From NCBI GenBank assembly GCA_963772835.1, contig CAVYYZ010000006.1, positions 32,001-96,000 of the forward strand: a stretch of 64,000 bases of DNA. Reading direction: 5' to 3'. Shown one piece after another: positions 45,761-55,886 of the stretch. Each line of letters begins with the position of its first letter. Position 1 is the stretch's first letter. The stretch is from an uncultured delta proteobacterium. Lineage in GTDB: Bacteria; Desulfobacterota; Desulfuromonadia; Geobacterales; Pseudopelobacteraceae. The notes beneath the pieces are model-generated. The model had not been told where the DNA came from, searched no databases, and saw only the letters and a program-made list of their open reading frames with translations. Both the position numbers and the translations under genes were made by a program.

Positions 45761-48700
45761 ATGAAAATCAAACGACTCGAAATATCCGGATTCAAATCTT
45801 TTGCCGACAAAGTGGTGCTCGACTTCCAGCAGGGTGTGACCGGTGTGGTCGGCCCGAACGGTTGCGGCAAATCAAATATTGTCGACGCCATCCGCTGGTG
45901 CATGGGGGAGCAATCCGCAAAAAACCTGCGTGGCAAGGCTATGGAGGATGTGATTTTTGTCGGCAGTGAGAGCCGTAAATCACTGGGAGTGGCCGAAGTA
46001 TCTCTGGTATTTTCAGTTGAAGATGGCCGTGCCCCTGCCAAATACCTCGACTATGCCGAAATTCAGCTCACCCGTCGCCTGTACCGTGATGGCGAAAGCG
46101 ACTACCTGATAAACAAGATCCCCTGCCGTCTGCTTGATATAACCGAACTTTTCATGGATACCGGCGTCGGAACCCGCGCATATTCGATCATCGAACAGGG
46201 GAAGATCGGTCAGATCCTCCATTCGCGGCCGGAAGAACGTCGCTTTCTGATCGAGGAGGCGGCCGGCGTGACCAAATTCAAATCACGCAAGCAGCTTGCT
46301 CTCAAAAAGATCGAGGGTACCCGCCAGAATCTGGCACGGCTGGCAGATGTGCTGGGAGAGATCCGGCGGCAATTGGTATCATTGCAGCGCCAGGCTAACA
46401 AGGCCGAAAAATTCCGCACGTATCGTGACGAACTCCGGGAAATCGAAATACTCTGTACCGCGCGGGAATACCGCGAAATCCAGAACCAGCGTGAAATAAC
46501 CGGGAGGGAGCTTGCGGAACTCAACCTGCGTATCCGTGAGGTCTTTGCCGCCACGGCGCTGGGAGAGTCGCGGGCCGAGGAAGCCCGTGTTATTTTACTT
46601 GAGTCGGAAAAACATCTGACAACTGCCCAGGAGGAGATTTTTCGCGTCAGGAGTGAATTCAGTACGACCGGGAACGGGCTTGAATTTCAACGCAAGGAGC
46701 TGGATGGCTTGGATGGTAGACTGGTGAGGCTGGCAACGGAGGCCGCCGAACTGGATAAACGACGAAATGAGTGCGTAGAACAAAAGGGGTTGCTTGAACT
46801 TCGCCGTGACACGGGAGCTGTCGATGTCGCCGGAATGCAGACCGAACTGGAGCTGTCCGAAGAAATACTGGCCGGGCATCAGCTGGCTGAAGAGGAGTTG
46901 AACCGGGATCTGGAAAACCGGCGCCGCGAACTCTTTACAGCCCTTGCCGAGGCGGCGCAGTTCAAGAGCCGCTTTGAAAACGCCCAGAAACGATTGGCTG
47001 CGCTTCGGGAACGGTCCGCACGTCATTCGCGTGAGGCGATGCAACTGTCTGAGCGAAGGGAACAGCTGTGCCGGCGGAGAGATGTACTGGAGGTAGAAAT
47101 CGCGTCTGATCAGCGGGAACAGGAAGTGCAACAGGCGCGTGTCTCCGCCCTGCGTACTCTTGAGGACGACCTTAACCGCCGCCTGCCCGAGGTTGAGAGA
47201 GTGTGGCAGACAGGCCGTGATGAACTTAATCGCTGTTCCTCGCGTCTTCATTCGCTTAAGGAGCTTGAGGCCCAATTTGCCGGTTTTGGTCAGGGAACCC
47301 GCACGTTGATGAAAGATGCCGCACACCGGTCCCGTTTCAGTGGTGTGCTGGCTGATGCGATTCAGGCACCGCCCGAACTTGAGCCGGCGCTTGAATCGGC
47401 TCTGGCGGATCGCCTGCAGTGTATCCTCTGCTCCGATGACCGGAATGCTATCGAAGCCCTGGCGTTTTTGAAAATAAACAAGGGGGGACGGGCCGGGATT
47501 GCCGTGCCACTGGAACGCCCGGAGTCAGCCCCGGTTCCGGTGAAGGGCGTTATTCCCCTGGCGGGACAGGTACTGGTGACCGGTCCATTTTCCGGATTGA
47601 TCCTGAATCTGCTTTCTGCCGTGATGCTTGCGGATGATATCACTGCTGCGCTCAGCTTGGCCCGCCAGCACCCCGGACTGACATTTGTCACCCGGGCCGG
47701 CGATATGGTCGCCCAAGGGGGGATCGTCAGCGGAGGCTCGGGTGAACAGGTTGGTAGCGGGTTGATCCACAAGAAACGTGAAATACGGGAGTTGGAACTG
47801 ACGGTGGCGCGGTTGGAGGAGGAAACAGCGGCACTCGGAAAACAGCGTGCTGATCTGCGACTCCAGATTCAGGAAGTGGTCGGGGGGCTTAAAAGCGGCG
47901 GAGCGCAATTACACCAGGTAGAATTAAAACTGGCCGGGTTGTTAAAGGATCATCAGCAGACAGTTGATGAAAGCGCCCGGATTGCCGAGCGGTTCGAAGT
48001 TCAATCGCTGGAAACAGAGACTCTTAACGAGGAACAGACTGCTCTTGAGGCCGAGCTGAAGCTGACTGGGGAGCAAACGGTTCTGACGGGCGATGCTTCA
48101 AAGGGACTGGAGCACGTGACATCACGCTTGAAGGGAGAGCTTGATGCCCGCCGGTCGCAATTGACCGCGGCCCGCGATAAAGTGACCGCGATCAGGGTGC
48201 AGACGGCGACCATAACAGAACAGCACGATGCAGGTCTGCGTGCGTTGTCTGAGTTGGAGCAACGCACGGAAGAAATCGTGCGGCGCATGGCAGCCGACCG
48301 ACAGGAGCTGGAGTCGGGAGAAGCTGCCAGGTCGCAGCTGAAGATTGAGATAGGCATGGCGACGGAGCGGTTGGAAGAACTTGTACGGGAGCAGATGGAA
48401 TCTGAGGGGCGTCTGGCTGTAATACGGGGTCGTTTTGAAGAGGCGGGGGCTGCTCAGAATCAATTTGAGGTACAGCTCAAAAAAAGCCGCGAAGAGAGCG
48501 ACGCAGTCCGTCAGTCGCAGGCAGAACTCAATCTCCGCTTTTCGACATTGACTATGCAGGCAGAACATCTGGAGCAGGCTCTGCAGGACCGGAGCCGCAT
48601 CACCATGTCTGAGGCGCTTGCAAAGATTGAATCAACTGAATTCGATGAAGCGTCCGGCCGGCTGAGACAGGCAGAATTGCAGCGGTTTTTGGACGAAATG

Positions 48701-49291
48701 GGTGAGGTCAATCTGATGGCGATTGAGGAGTGTGCCGGTATGGAGGAACGCTTCACTTTTCTGACCAGCCAGAAGGATGATCTGGAGGAGTCGCTACGCG
48801 GCCTGCAGCAGGCAATTCAACGAATCAATCGCACCACACGGCAGCGTTTTCTGGAAACCTACAATCTTATCAATGCCAAATTTCAAGAAGTCTTTCCGCG
48901 GCTGTTCTGCGGAGGCCAGGCCGAATTGCGGCTGACGGATGAAGAGGATCTGCTGGAGACCGGCATCGAAATCATTGTGCAGCCTCCCGGCAAGAAGCTA
49001 CAGAATGTAACACTGCTTTCAGGAGGTGAAAAGGCGTTGACAGCTGTGGCACTGATCTTCTCGATCTTCCTGATCAAGCCGACTCCATTCTGTTTGCTGG
49101 ATGAGGTCGACGCGCCGCTGGACGACGCCAACATCGGCCGTTTCAACGAAATGGTCAGGGATATGAGTGCCATTTCCCAATTCATCATCATTACTCACAA
49201 CAAGGCTACCATGCAGGTCGCCGATACCCTCTACGGCATCACAATGGAAGAGCCGGGGGTGTCACGGGTCGTTTCCGTGCGGCTGCATTAA
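45761..49291 (+). CDS. smc: Chromosome segregation protein SMC
   Basis: MKIKRLEISGFKSF, GPNGCGKSN, hinge (FVT..GD...GG), LSGGEK, LDEVDAPLD. Confidence 0.95.
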   Translation: MKIKRLEISGFKSFADKVVLDFQQGVTGVVGPNGCGKSNIVDAIRWCMGEQSAKNLRGKAMEDVIFVGSESRKSLGVAEVSLVFSVEDGRAPAKYLDYAEIQLTRRLYRDGESDYLINKIPCRLLDITELFMDTGVGTRAYSIIEQGKIGQILHSRPEERRFLIEEAAGVTKFKSRKQLALKKIEGTRQNLARLADVLGEIRRQLVSLQRQANKAEKFRTYRDELREIEILCTAREYREIQNQREITGRELAELNLRIREVFAATALGESRAEEARVILLESEKHLTTAQEEIFRVRSEFSTTGNGLEFQRKELDGLDGRLVRLATEAAELDKRRNECVEQKGLLELRRDTGAVDVAGMQTELELSEEILAGHQLAEEELNRDLENRRRELFTALAEAAQFKSRFENAQKRLAALRERSARHSREAMQLSERREQLCRRRDVLEVEIASDQREQEVQQARVSALRTLEDDLNRRLPEVERVWQTGRDELNRCSSRLHSLKELEAQFAGFGQGTRTLMKDAAHRSRFSGVLADAIQAPPELEPALESALADRLQCILCSDDRNAIEALAFLKINKGGRAGIAVPLERPESAPVPVKGVIPLAGQVLVTGPFSGLILNLLSAVMLADDITAALSLARQHPGLTFVTRAGDMVAQGGIVSGGSGEQVGSGLIHKKREIRELELTVARLEEETAALGKQRADLRLQIQEVVGGLKSGGAQLHQVELKLAGLLKDHQQTVDESARIAERFEVQSLETETLNEEQTALEAELKLTGEQTVLTGDASKGLEHVTSRLKGELDARRSQLTAARDKVTAIRVQTATITEQHDAGLRALSELEQRTEEIVRRMAADRQELESGEAARSQLKIEIGMATERLEELVREQMESEGRLAVIRGRFEEAGAAQNQFEVQLKKSREESDAVRQSQAELNLRFSTLTMQAEHLEQALQDRSRITMSEALAKIESTEFDEASGRLRQAELQRFLDEMGEVNLMAIEECAGMEERFTFLTSQKDDLEESLRGLQQAIQRINRTTRQRFLETYNLINAKFQEVFPRLFCGGQAELRLTDEEDLLETGIEIIVQPPGKKLQNVTLLSGGEKALTAVALIFSIFLIKPTPFCLLDEVDAPLDDANIGRFNEMVRDMSAISQFIIITHNKATMQVADTLYGITMEEPGVSRVVSVRLH

Positions 49292-49322
49292 CAAAAAGGG
49301 GCTCCGTTGAATGGAGCCCCCT
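49292..49322 (-). terminator. Rho-independent terminator between convergent genes
   Basis: GGGGCTCC-N7-GGAGCCCC with a TTTTTG tail on the minus strand. Confidence 0.7.
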
Positions 49323-49385
49323 GATTCTTTCCGTCCTCGATACTTGTTAACTCGCTCCATCAAGCTTCAGGCTCTCTGGCAGCCC

Positions 49386-49853
49386 TCACAATGGGGTTGC
49401 TCCAGAGGCCGGTGCAGAGGCTGCACTTTCGCTGGAGCTATATACGGCGGTTACCACGTAATAATAGGTTGTGCCTGCGGCCAGACCGGTGTGTACATAG
49501 GGGTTGCTGACGCCGCTGATCTTTGTTCCGCTTGCCGTGGTGACGCCGGGTGTGTTTGACCAATACAGATTATAGGAGGTGGCGCCGGCGGTTGAGTCCC
49601 ACGCCAGCGTCAGCTGCCTGGATACGGGCGTGCTTGTAGTTGCTGTAGTCGTTTCTGTCGTTCCTGTTGCAGCCGTTGTCGTCGTTGTAGCTGTTGTTCC
49701 TGTTGTAGTCGTCGTAGCTGTTGTAGCTGTTGCTGCTGTTGACTGCGACTGTGCCGCCTGTCCCCCGGAGCCGCAGCCGGCAATCATCATTCCGGCAAGC
49801 ATCAAGGTCAGGGTGATAAGGGTGTTCTTTCTCCGCGTACCAAATTCTCTCAT
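49386..49853 (-). CDS. Lipoprotein with Thr-rich linker and fibronectin type III domain
   Basis: RBS AAGGAG; lipobox IAGC; poly-Thr/Ala stalk; LTLAWD..GATSYNLYW...GL..GTTYYYVVTAV...ES. Confidence 0.82.
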   Translation of the reverse strand: MREFGTRRKNTLITLTLMLAGMMIAGCGSGGQAAQSQSTAATATTATTTTTGTTATTTTTAATGTTETTTATTSTPVSRQLTLAWDSTAGATSYNLYWSNTPGVTTASGTKISGVSNPYVHTGLAAGTTYYYVVTAVYSSSESAASAPASGATPL

Positions 49854-49906
49854 GTGTACTCCTTGTAAATAAGTTCCGACTTCCGGCACCCATGATGTTC
49901 GGGGCA

Positions 49907-50018
49907 CAAAAAAGCCGGGTGCCGAATATCACTCATGATATTTCGGCGACCCGGCTGTCTCTGTGAGACCCAGTAGGCTTTCCGTCCCATTCTCGCGAAT
50001 GGTTTAGTATTATCGTCT
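49907..50018 (-). ncRNA. GEMM-I cyclic dinucleotide riboswitch, A20 variant (c-AMP-GMP type), with overlapping terminator
   Basis: Minus strand GATAATACTAAACCATTCGCGAGAATGGGACGGAAAGCCTACTGGGTCTCACAGAGACAGCCGGGTCGCCGAAATATC, followed by ...TTCGGCACCCGGCTTTTT. Confidence 0.9.
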
Positions 50019-50268
50019 ACGCATGTTACGTGGTGCAGTCTGTTATTTTTGAGTACAGGTATAGCTGAAAAACAACGGCCCGGATGTGACTGAAATCACA
50101 AAAATTACATTTCTGCATTATCTCTCACGGAAAGGCCGACCCTCTTACCGGCCCGGACGTACTGATGCCCCGCCGTTTCTGTTGGAGCGCTTCACTGCTT
50201 TTTGCCGCCTCTTATGCCATACACAATCATGTCGTGTTATTTTGTTAGGAAACTTCACGTCATACGGC

Positions 50269-51096
50269 TCAACGAAATCCGCCAAACAGGTCCCTGAAGA
50301 AACTCCGGACCCTGCCCGTGAAGCTATTGTCCACCTTTCTCTGCATTCCGCTGATATTAGGCGTTTCCGCTAAAGCCTGGCGATACTCAGCCTCAGTCAA
50401 CACCCCATTATCCCTCAGCAGGCGCAGCACCATATCGGAGCGTTTCAACACGCGATCGAGATGCCGGTAAGGGTTGTAGACTTTCTGCGGGCCGGGTAAC
50501 ATGGCAGCAAGAAAAGCGCATTCTCGAGGGGTGAGGGAATCGGCCTGTTTGTCGAAATAGTAGCGGGCTCCATGACCGATCCCGTACACCATTGGCCCCA
50601 GCTCAACAATATTGAGGTAGAGTTCGAGGATCCTGCCCTTGGACAGTTCCTGCTCCATTCTCTTGGCGAGATAGATTTCCTCTATCTTGCGGGTGATGTT
50701 CTTTTCACGGGAGAGGAAGAGATTCTTCGCCGTTTGCTGGGTTATTGTTGATGCACCGCGGGCAAAGCGCTTTTTCTCCAGGTCGTACTTGATGGCATTC
50801 CTGATCGCCCGTACATCGATTCCTTCATGCCGGTAGAAGTTGGCGTCCTCTGCCACGATGACTGCCCACTCCATTTCGGAAGGAATGCTTTTCCCCGGGG
50901 TCCACCAGGGATTTTTCGGTCCGACAACAAAGGGGTGAAGGTCTCCCTTCCAGTCAGTTACCTGGATAGTCAGATTAGCCGTGCGGTCGGTAAGCAATGC
51001 CACCGGTGGAAGGCGGAAAAGTGCAATACTGATGTATATGGCATAGAGGGCTATGCTGCTGAGTATGATTATCACGACCAATTTTACCGCTTTCAA
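50269..51096 (-). CDS. mtgA: Monofunctional peptidoglycan transglycosylase (GT51)
   Basis: AEDANFYRHEGID, GASTITQQTAKNL, RKIEE, KGRILELYLN; N-terminal TM helix. Confidence 0.88.
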   Translation of the reverse strand: MKAVKLVVIIILSSIALYAIYISIALFRLPPVALLTDRTANLTIQVTDWKGDLHPFVVGPKNPWWTPGKSIPSEMEWAVIVAEDANFYRHEGIDVRAIRNAIKYDLEKKRFARGASTITQQTAKNLFLSREKNITRKIEEIYLAKRMEQELSKGRILELYLNIVELGPMVYGIGHGARYYFDKQADSLTPRECAFLAAMLPGPQKVYNPYRHLDRVLKRSDMVLRLLRDNGVLTEAEYRQALAETPNISGMQRKVDNSFTGRVRSFFRDLFGGFR

Positions 51097-51418
51097 TGAA
51101 ACCTCTCAGGGGAAAGATGTTTTACCCTACGATAGCAGGAATGGGCAGGTGAATGTAAAGTTAGGTGCACTCATGGTGGGAAATCAACAATTACGGGTGA
51201 TTTTGATTTTATGCCATTCATTTTGTCACTCCACTTTTACAGGTAAATTATGGTATACATATCCGCTTGCCTGTGCAGAGATCAGGACGGCCGTTAACTA
51301 TCTTCGCTGCCTGCCGGTCAGCTGCAGGAAAGAACCGGAAATTCTGCTCAATGCTTGATTTTCGCGGCTGGCGGGTGATGTGTACACGCTGATAATATTC
51401 ACGAATCAGGAGTTCGAA

Positions 51419-51775
51419 ATGTCATTTGAAGTAATATTAAAAGATCTGGTGGATCAGGTGCCGCATGCGATAGGGGCCATCCTGGTCGATTGGGAAGGAG
51501 AAGCGGTCATGGAACACTGCCACTGTGATCCCTATGATATCCGCTTCATTGCCGCTCACAAGGGTATTATTCTGGTCCGCCTCAAAGAGATGCAGAGTGC
51601 CGCACAAGTTGGAGAGGTAGAAGACGTTGTCGTGACCTCAAACAAAGGCCATCTGATCATTGGCTGTATTGATCAGGATTATTCGCTTGTTATGAATGTT
51701 GAAAGGAGCTGTCCGGTGGCGCTGGCGCTGTACCATTTTCGTCAGGCTATTACTGCGCTTAAAAGGGAGATTTGA
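51419..51775 (+). CDS. Roadblock/LC7 domain protein
   Basis: ILKDLVDQVP.AIGAILVDWEGEAV; RBS AGGAG; stop overlaps the ftsY start. Confidence 0.75.
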   Translation: MSFEVILKDLVDQVPHAIGAILVDWEGEAVMEHCHCDPYDIRFIAAHKGIILVRLKEMQSAAQVGEVEDVVVTSNKGHLIIGCIDQDYSLVMNVERSCPVALALYHFRQAITALKREI

Positions 51776-52845
51776 TGGCACTGCAGGAGAAAAAAGGATT
51801 TTTCCGGGGGATGATGGAAAAAATTTCCGGGGCGGAATCTGCTGAAACGATTCCGGATTTGACTGAAACGCCTGTCCAGGAAGCAACTCCGATGCAGGTG
51901 TCGACTGAGCAGGTTGCAACCACCGCCCCGCCCGGTTTTTTTGAACGGCTGAAGTCCGGTCTGAAGAAGACCAAAGATGGGCTGGTGGGACGGATCGACG
52001 TCCTTCTGCTGGGCAGGAAAACGATCGATGTCGATACGCTGGAAGAGCTGGAAGAGATATTGATCACCTCTGATATCGGGGTAAAAACAACGGTCGAACT
52101 GATTCGCACTCTGGAGCAGCGTCTGGGGCGCAACGAATTAAAGGATGGCGAAGCATTGCGGGCGGCATTGAAAGATGAAATTCTGGCCCGGCTGAATGTT
52201 CATCACCGGCAGCTTGACATCTCCGGCCAGAAGTTGTTTGTACTGCTTGTAATCGGCGTCAACGGTGTCGGTAAAACTACGACCATAGGAAAATTGGCAT
52301 CACGTTTTTCAGTTTCCGGCAACAAAGTGCTGCTGGCTGCAGCAGATACTTTCCGCGCCGCCGCAGCTGAACAATTGATCGCCTGGGGGGCTCGCTCAGG
52401 AGTGGATGTCATCCGCCACAAAGAGGGTGCAGATCCGTCAGCGGTGGTCTTTGATGCCTGTAAGGCTGCGGTTGCCCGCGGCGTTAATGTCCTGATCATT
52501 GACACTGCAGGCCGTCTGCATACTAAAGTCAACCTGATGGAAGAAATGAAAAAAATCCGCCGCGTAATTGACCGCGAGATCCCCGGTGCGCCGCATGAGA
52601 CCCTTCTTGTTCTGGATGCAGCAACCGGCCAGAATGCAATCTCTCAGGCCAGGCTTTTCAAGGAGGCCGCCGGTGTTACCGGGCTGGCCTTAACCAAATT
52701 GGATGGCACCGCCAAGGGAGGAATTGTGGTAGCGGTCAGTCATGAATTTGCCTTGCCGGTTCGTTACATCGGAGTCGGAGAATCAATTGAAGATCTTCGC
52801 GACTTTGACCCGCAGGAGTTTACGGATGCACTTTTCCACGCCTGA
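51775..52845 (+). CDS. ftsY: Signal recognition particle receptor FtsY
   Basis: GVNGVGKTTT, DTFRAAA, DTAGR, TKLDGTAKGG. Confidence 0.95.
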   Translation: MALQEKKGFFRGMMEKISGAESAETIPDLTETPVQEATPMQVSTEQVATTAPPGFFERLKSGLKKTKDGLVGRIDVLLLGRKTIDVDTLEELEEILITSDIGVKTTVELIRTLEQRLGRNELKDGEALRAALKDEILARLNVHHRQLDISGQKLFVLLVIGVNGVGKTTTIGKLASRFSVSGNKVLLAAADTFRAAAAEQLIAWGARSGVDVIRHKEGADPSAVVFDACKAAVARGVNVLIIDTAGRLHTKVNLMEEMKKIRRVIDREIPGAPHETLLVLDAATGQNAISQARLFKEAAGVTGLALTKLDGTAKGGIVVAVSHEFALPVRYIGVGESIEDLRDFDPQEFTDALFHA

Positions 52846-52907
52846 TAAAGGGGCCCGCCAAAAGGGGAAGGTGGCCGCGGAACTCTGCGATTTCAATCAA
52901 TTAGGGC

Positions 52908-52936
52908 TTGACTTTGTAAGTGCAGATTCGTATAGT
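52908..52936 (+). promoter_or_regulatory. Sigma-70 promoter for zapB-zapA
   Basis: TTGACT, 17 bp, TATAGT. Confidence 0.6.
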
Positions 52937-52963
52937 GGCCCACTTCGAAAGGAAACTGAACTC

Positions 52964-53140
52964 ATGAACCACGAACTCATAGAAGTACTCGAAAAAAAAA
53001 TCGGCGAGGTTGTCGAAAAGTATAGTGCCATGAAAGAGGAAAACGCACGACTGAATGAAGAAATACAGCGGCTCGTACGTGACCGTGAAGGAATCAAGTC
53101 CCGTGTTGACGCCATTCTTGGCACGTTGGACGGGATTTAG
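52964..53140 (+). CDS. zapB: Cell division protein ZapB-like coiled coil
   Basis: 58 aa: LEKKI...MKEENARLNEE...RVDAIL; directly upstream of zapA. Confidence 0.7.
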   Translation: MNHELIEVLEKKIGEVVEKYSAMKEENARLNEEIQRLVRDREGIKSRVDAILGTLDGI

Positions 53141-53160
53141 CACGTGACCGTGGTCATTGT

Positions 53161-53433
53161 ATGAAAACTAGCCATGCAGTGACAGTTTTTGGTCGCGAGC
53201 TTTCGGTCCGGAGTTCAGCTCCCGAAGCGAAAGTGAAGGCGGTCGAAGCCTTTGTAAACGGAAAGCTTCAAGAGATCGGCAGTGCACTTAAAAACGGTGA
53301 TGCACAGCTGGTACTGACGCTGGCTCTGTTGAATACATCGGAAGAGTTGCTTGAGCTGCGCTCTCAACGAGAGTCGGATGCTGCTGTCGACAACAGAATC
53401 ACTGCAATGATTTCTGTGCTGAAAAAGGTCTGA
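53161..53433 (+). CDS. zapA: Cell division protein ZapA
   Basis: VTVFGRELSVRS...VEAFVNGKLQEI...LALLN.SEEL. Confidence 0.85.
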   Translation: MKTSHAVTVFGRELSVRSSAPEAKVKAVEAFVNGKLQEIGSALKNGDAQLVLTLALLNTSEELLELRSQRESDAAVDNRITAMISVLKKV

Positions 53434-53441
53434 TTTTACAT

Positions 53442-53655
53442 GGTCTCTCAGGGAGACTTGATCATATATTCGCATAATTGTACTTCCGGCCGGGCTCGTC
53501 AAGCGCTGCAGTTTAAACGTCTGATTGAAATAATGTATTGCCCGTTGAATATATCCTCACTGAAAGGAAAAATAGCTTCCGAGTAGCGAGACCGTAATCA
53601 GTATTATTACCTATGGCACTCAAGCCTTTTTTCTGTTCAGCCTCCCTGATTGACC
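53442..53655 (+). ncRNA. ssrS: Probable 6S RNA (boundaries approximate)
   Basis: Canonical position between zapA and the 5-FTHF cyclo-ligase gene. By-eye rod pairing: GGTC.TCAGGGAG/CTCCCTGA.GACC, CTTGA/TCAAG, CTCGT/GCGAG. Primary sequence not recognised. Confidence 0.45.
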
Positions 53656-53708
53656 TTACCGATATCACATCGGGACCATTCCGTACGTGAAGAACAGAAA
53701 GTTTTCGT

Positions 53709-54281
53709 ATGCCCAAGCGTTCACTCCGTTCGCATATGCTGGCACAGCGCCGTGGGCTCAGCCATGAAGAGTGGCGCGCTTCGAGTCATGGGGCGCAACT
53801 CAACCTGCTCTCGCTTGAAGAGTTTGCCCGGGCTGAATGCATAGCGCTGTATGCGCCAGCCCATAACGAAACAGACACGGCCCTGATTCTGACAACTGCT
53901 TTTAAGGCCGGAAAACGGGTGCTGTATCCGGCGGTGTGCGGCCATCAGATGGTGTTTCGCGTTGTTGAACGGCTCGAGGAGTTGCAGGAGGGAGCTTTTG
54001 GTATTCTGGAGCCGTGTCCGACCGGAGTTGATCATCAGGCTGACGAAGCCGATATGATTGTCATCCCGGGGGTGGTTTTTGACCTGACTGGACACCGGAT
54101 CGGCTATGGAAAAGGATTTTATGACCGTTTCCTGCGTCATCCGGACTGCAGGGCTGATCTGGTCGGTCTGTGCCATGATTTTCAACTGACTGACGAGGCA
54201 ATACCGGCGGATGTCCACGATATTCCGATGGACATAATTGTTTCAGATACACGAATAATTCGCACCACGATAGAGAAGTGA
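53709..54281 (+). CDS. 5-formyltetrahydrofolate cyclo-ligase
   Basis: KRSLR, NETDT, FGILEP, PGVVFD..G.RIGYGKGFYDRFL, HDIPMD.IV. Confidence 0.92.
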   Translation: MPKRSLRSHMLAQRRGLSHEEWRASSHGAQLNLLSLEEFARAECIALYAPAHNETDTALILTTAFKAGKRVLYPAVCGHQMVFRVVERLEELQEGAFGILEPCPTGVDHQADEADMIVIPGVVFDLTGHRIGYGKGFYDRFLRHPDCRADLVGLCHDFQLTDEAIPADVHDIPMDIIVSDTRIIRTTIEK

Positions 54282-54326
54282 CCGGAGTTGCGAGGCAATC
54301 CGGATTTTATATAGAGGAGGTTTTGT

Positions 54327-55886
54327 ATGGAAGTAATTATGGTTGTTATTACTCTGGTTGTCGCTGCCGGAGCCTATTTTGCCGGTAACAAGCTCAACAA
54401 GAAGGATTCGGGATCAATCCTGAAGCAGGCCGAAGAGCTGGCCCGTAAGGTGCTCGACGATGCCCGCCGCGAAGCAGATACCATCACCAAGGAGTCGCAG
54501 CTCAAGGCCAAGGATGCTGCTCTACAGGCCAAGGAAGACCATGAACGTAAAACGAGCGAAAAAAACAAGGATCTTCTGGCCCTTGAAAAGAGATTGACAC
54601 AAAAAGAAGAAAATCTTGATAAAAAAGCGGGCCTGATCGACCAGAAAGAGATGGATATTCTCAAAAAAGAGCAGAACGTTTCGCAAAAAGAGCAGGCTCT
54701 GGATCAGCGGGACACAGAACTGAAAAAAGCTGTTGATATTCAAAATGCCAAACTGGAGCAGATTTCCGGCATGTCGGCTGCAGAAGCCAAAAAAGAGCTG
54801 ATGAACGCAATGGAAACGGAAGCCAAGCATGATGCTGCAAAAATCATACGGGCTATCGAAGACGAGGCCCGTGAAAATGGTGATAAGAAAGCGAAGGAAA
54901 TCATGGCGCTTGCCATTCAGCGGTATGCCGGCGAATATGTAGCAGAGCGTACTGTCTCTGTTGTACCTTTGCCGTCGGACGAAATGAAAGGGCGCATTAT
55001 CGGCCGAGAGGGCCGAAACATTCGCGCCCTTGAGGCAGCTACCGGCATTGATCTGATTATTGATGATACACCGGAAGCGGTTATTCTTTCCGGCTTCAAT
55101 CCGGTACGCCGCGAAATAGCTCGTTTATCGTTAGAAAAACTACTGGCCGATGGCCGCATCCATCCCGGCCGAATCGAAGAAGTCGTAGCAAAATCAACTG
55201 ATGAAGTAGAGCATTCAATTAAAGAAGCCGGCGAGCAGGCCGCTTTTGACCTGGGTGTCCACGGTATCCACCCGGAAATTCTCAAACTTATCGGCCGCCT
55301 CAAATATCGCACCTCATACACTCAGAATGTCTATCTCCACTCACTTGAAGTGGCGTTCCTGTGCGGTATTATGGCCGCCGAACTTGGCGTCAACGTCAAA
55401 CAGGCCAAGCGTGCCGGGCTGCTGCATGATCTGGGCAAGGCGGTTGACCATGAAGTCGAGGGTTCACACGCGGTAATCGGAGCTGAGTTGGCTCGTAAAT
55501 ACGGGGAATCACCGAATATTGTCCATGCTATCATGGCTCATCACGAAGATGAAAAGCCTAATTCCATACTGGCTATTCTGGTGCAGGCCGCCGATGCGCT
55601 TTCCGGTGCGCGTCCCGGTGCACGTCGCGAGATGATGGAAACGTATGTCAAGCGTCTCGGCGATCTGGAGCGCATTGCAACATCATTCAGCGGTGTGCAG
55701 TCGTCATTTGCCATTCAGGCCGGCCGCGAGATTCGAGTCATGGTTTCCAGTGAGCACGTCAGTGATGACCAGTCCGTTGTCATGGCCCGTGATATCGCCA
55801 AAAAAATTGAAGCTGAAATGACGTATCCCGGCCAGATTAAAGTTAATGTTATTCGTGAAACACGTTCAGTCGAATATGCCCGTTAA
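54327..55886 (+). CDS. rny: Ribonuclease Y
   Basis: N-terminal TM helix, coiled coil, KH domain ([14 protein letters not shown]), HD domain (LLHDLGK), [14 protein letters not shown]. Confidence 0.95.
   Translation: MEVIMVVITLVVAAGAYFAGNKLNKKDSGSILKQAEELARKVLDDARREADTITKESQLKAKDAALQAKEDHERKTSEKNKDLLALEKRLTQKEENLDKKAGLIDQKEMDILKKEQNVSQKEQALDQRDTELKKAVDIQNAKLEQISGMSAAEAKKELMNAMETEAKHDAAKIIRAIEDEARENGDKKAKEIMALAIQRYAGEYVAERTVSVVPLPSDEMKGRIIGREGRNIRALEAATGIDLIIDDTPEAVILSGFNPVRREIARLSLEKLLADGRIHPGRIEEVVAKSTDEVEHSIKEAGEQAAFDLGVHGIHPEILKLIGRLKYRTSYTQNVYLHSLEVAFLCGIMAAELGVNVKQAKRAGLLHDLGKAVDHEVEGSHAVIGAELARKYGESPNIVHAIMAHHEDEKPNSILAILVQAADALSGARPGARREMMETYVKRLGDLERIATSFSGVQSSFAIQAGREIRVMVSSEHVSDDQSVVMARDIAKKIEAEMTYPGQIKVNVIRETRSVEYAR

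Noticed and set aside
51097..51418. SRP RNA (ffs) upstream of roadblock-ftsY
   Set aside because: The conserved domain IV motif (CAGG...GGAA...AGCAG) was not found.
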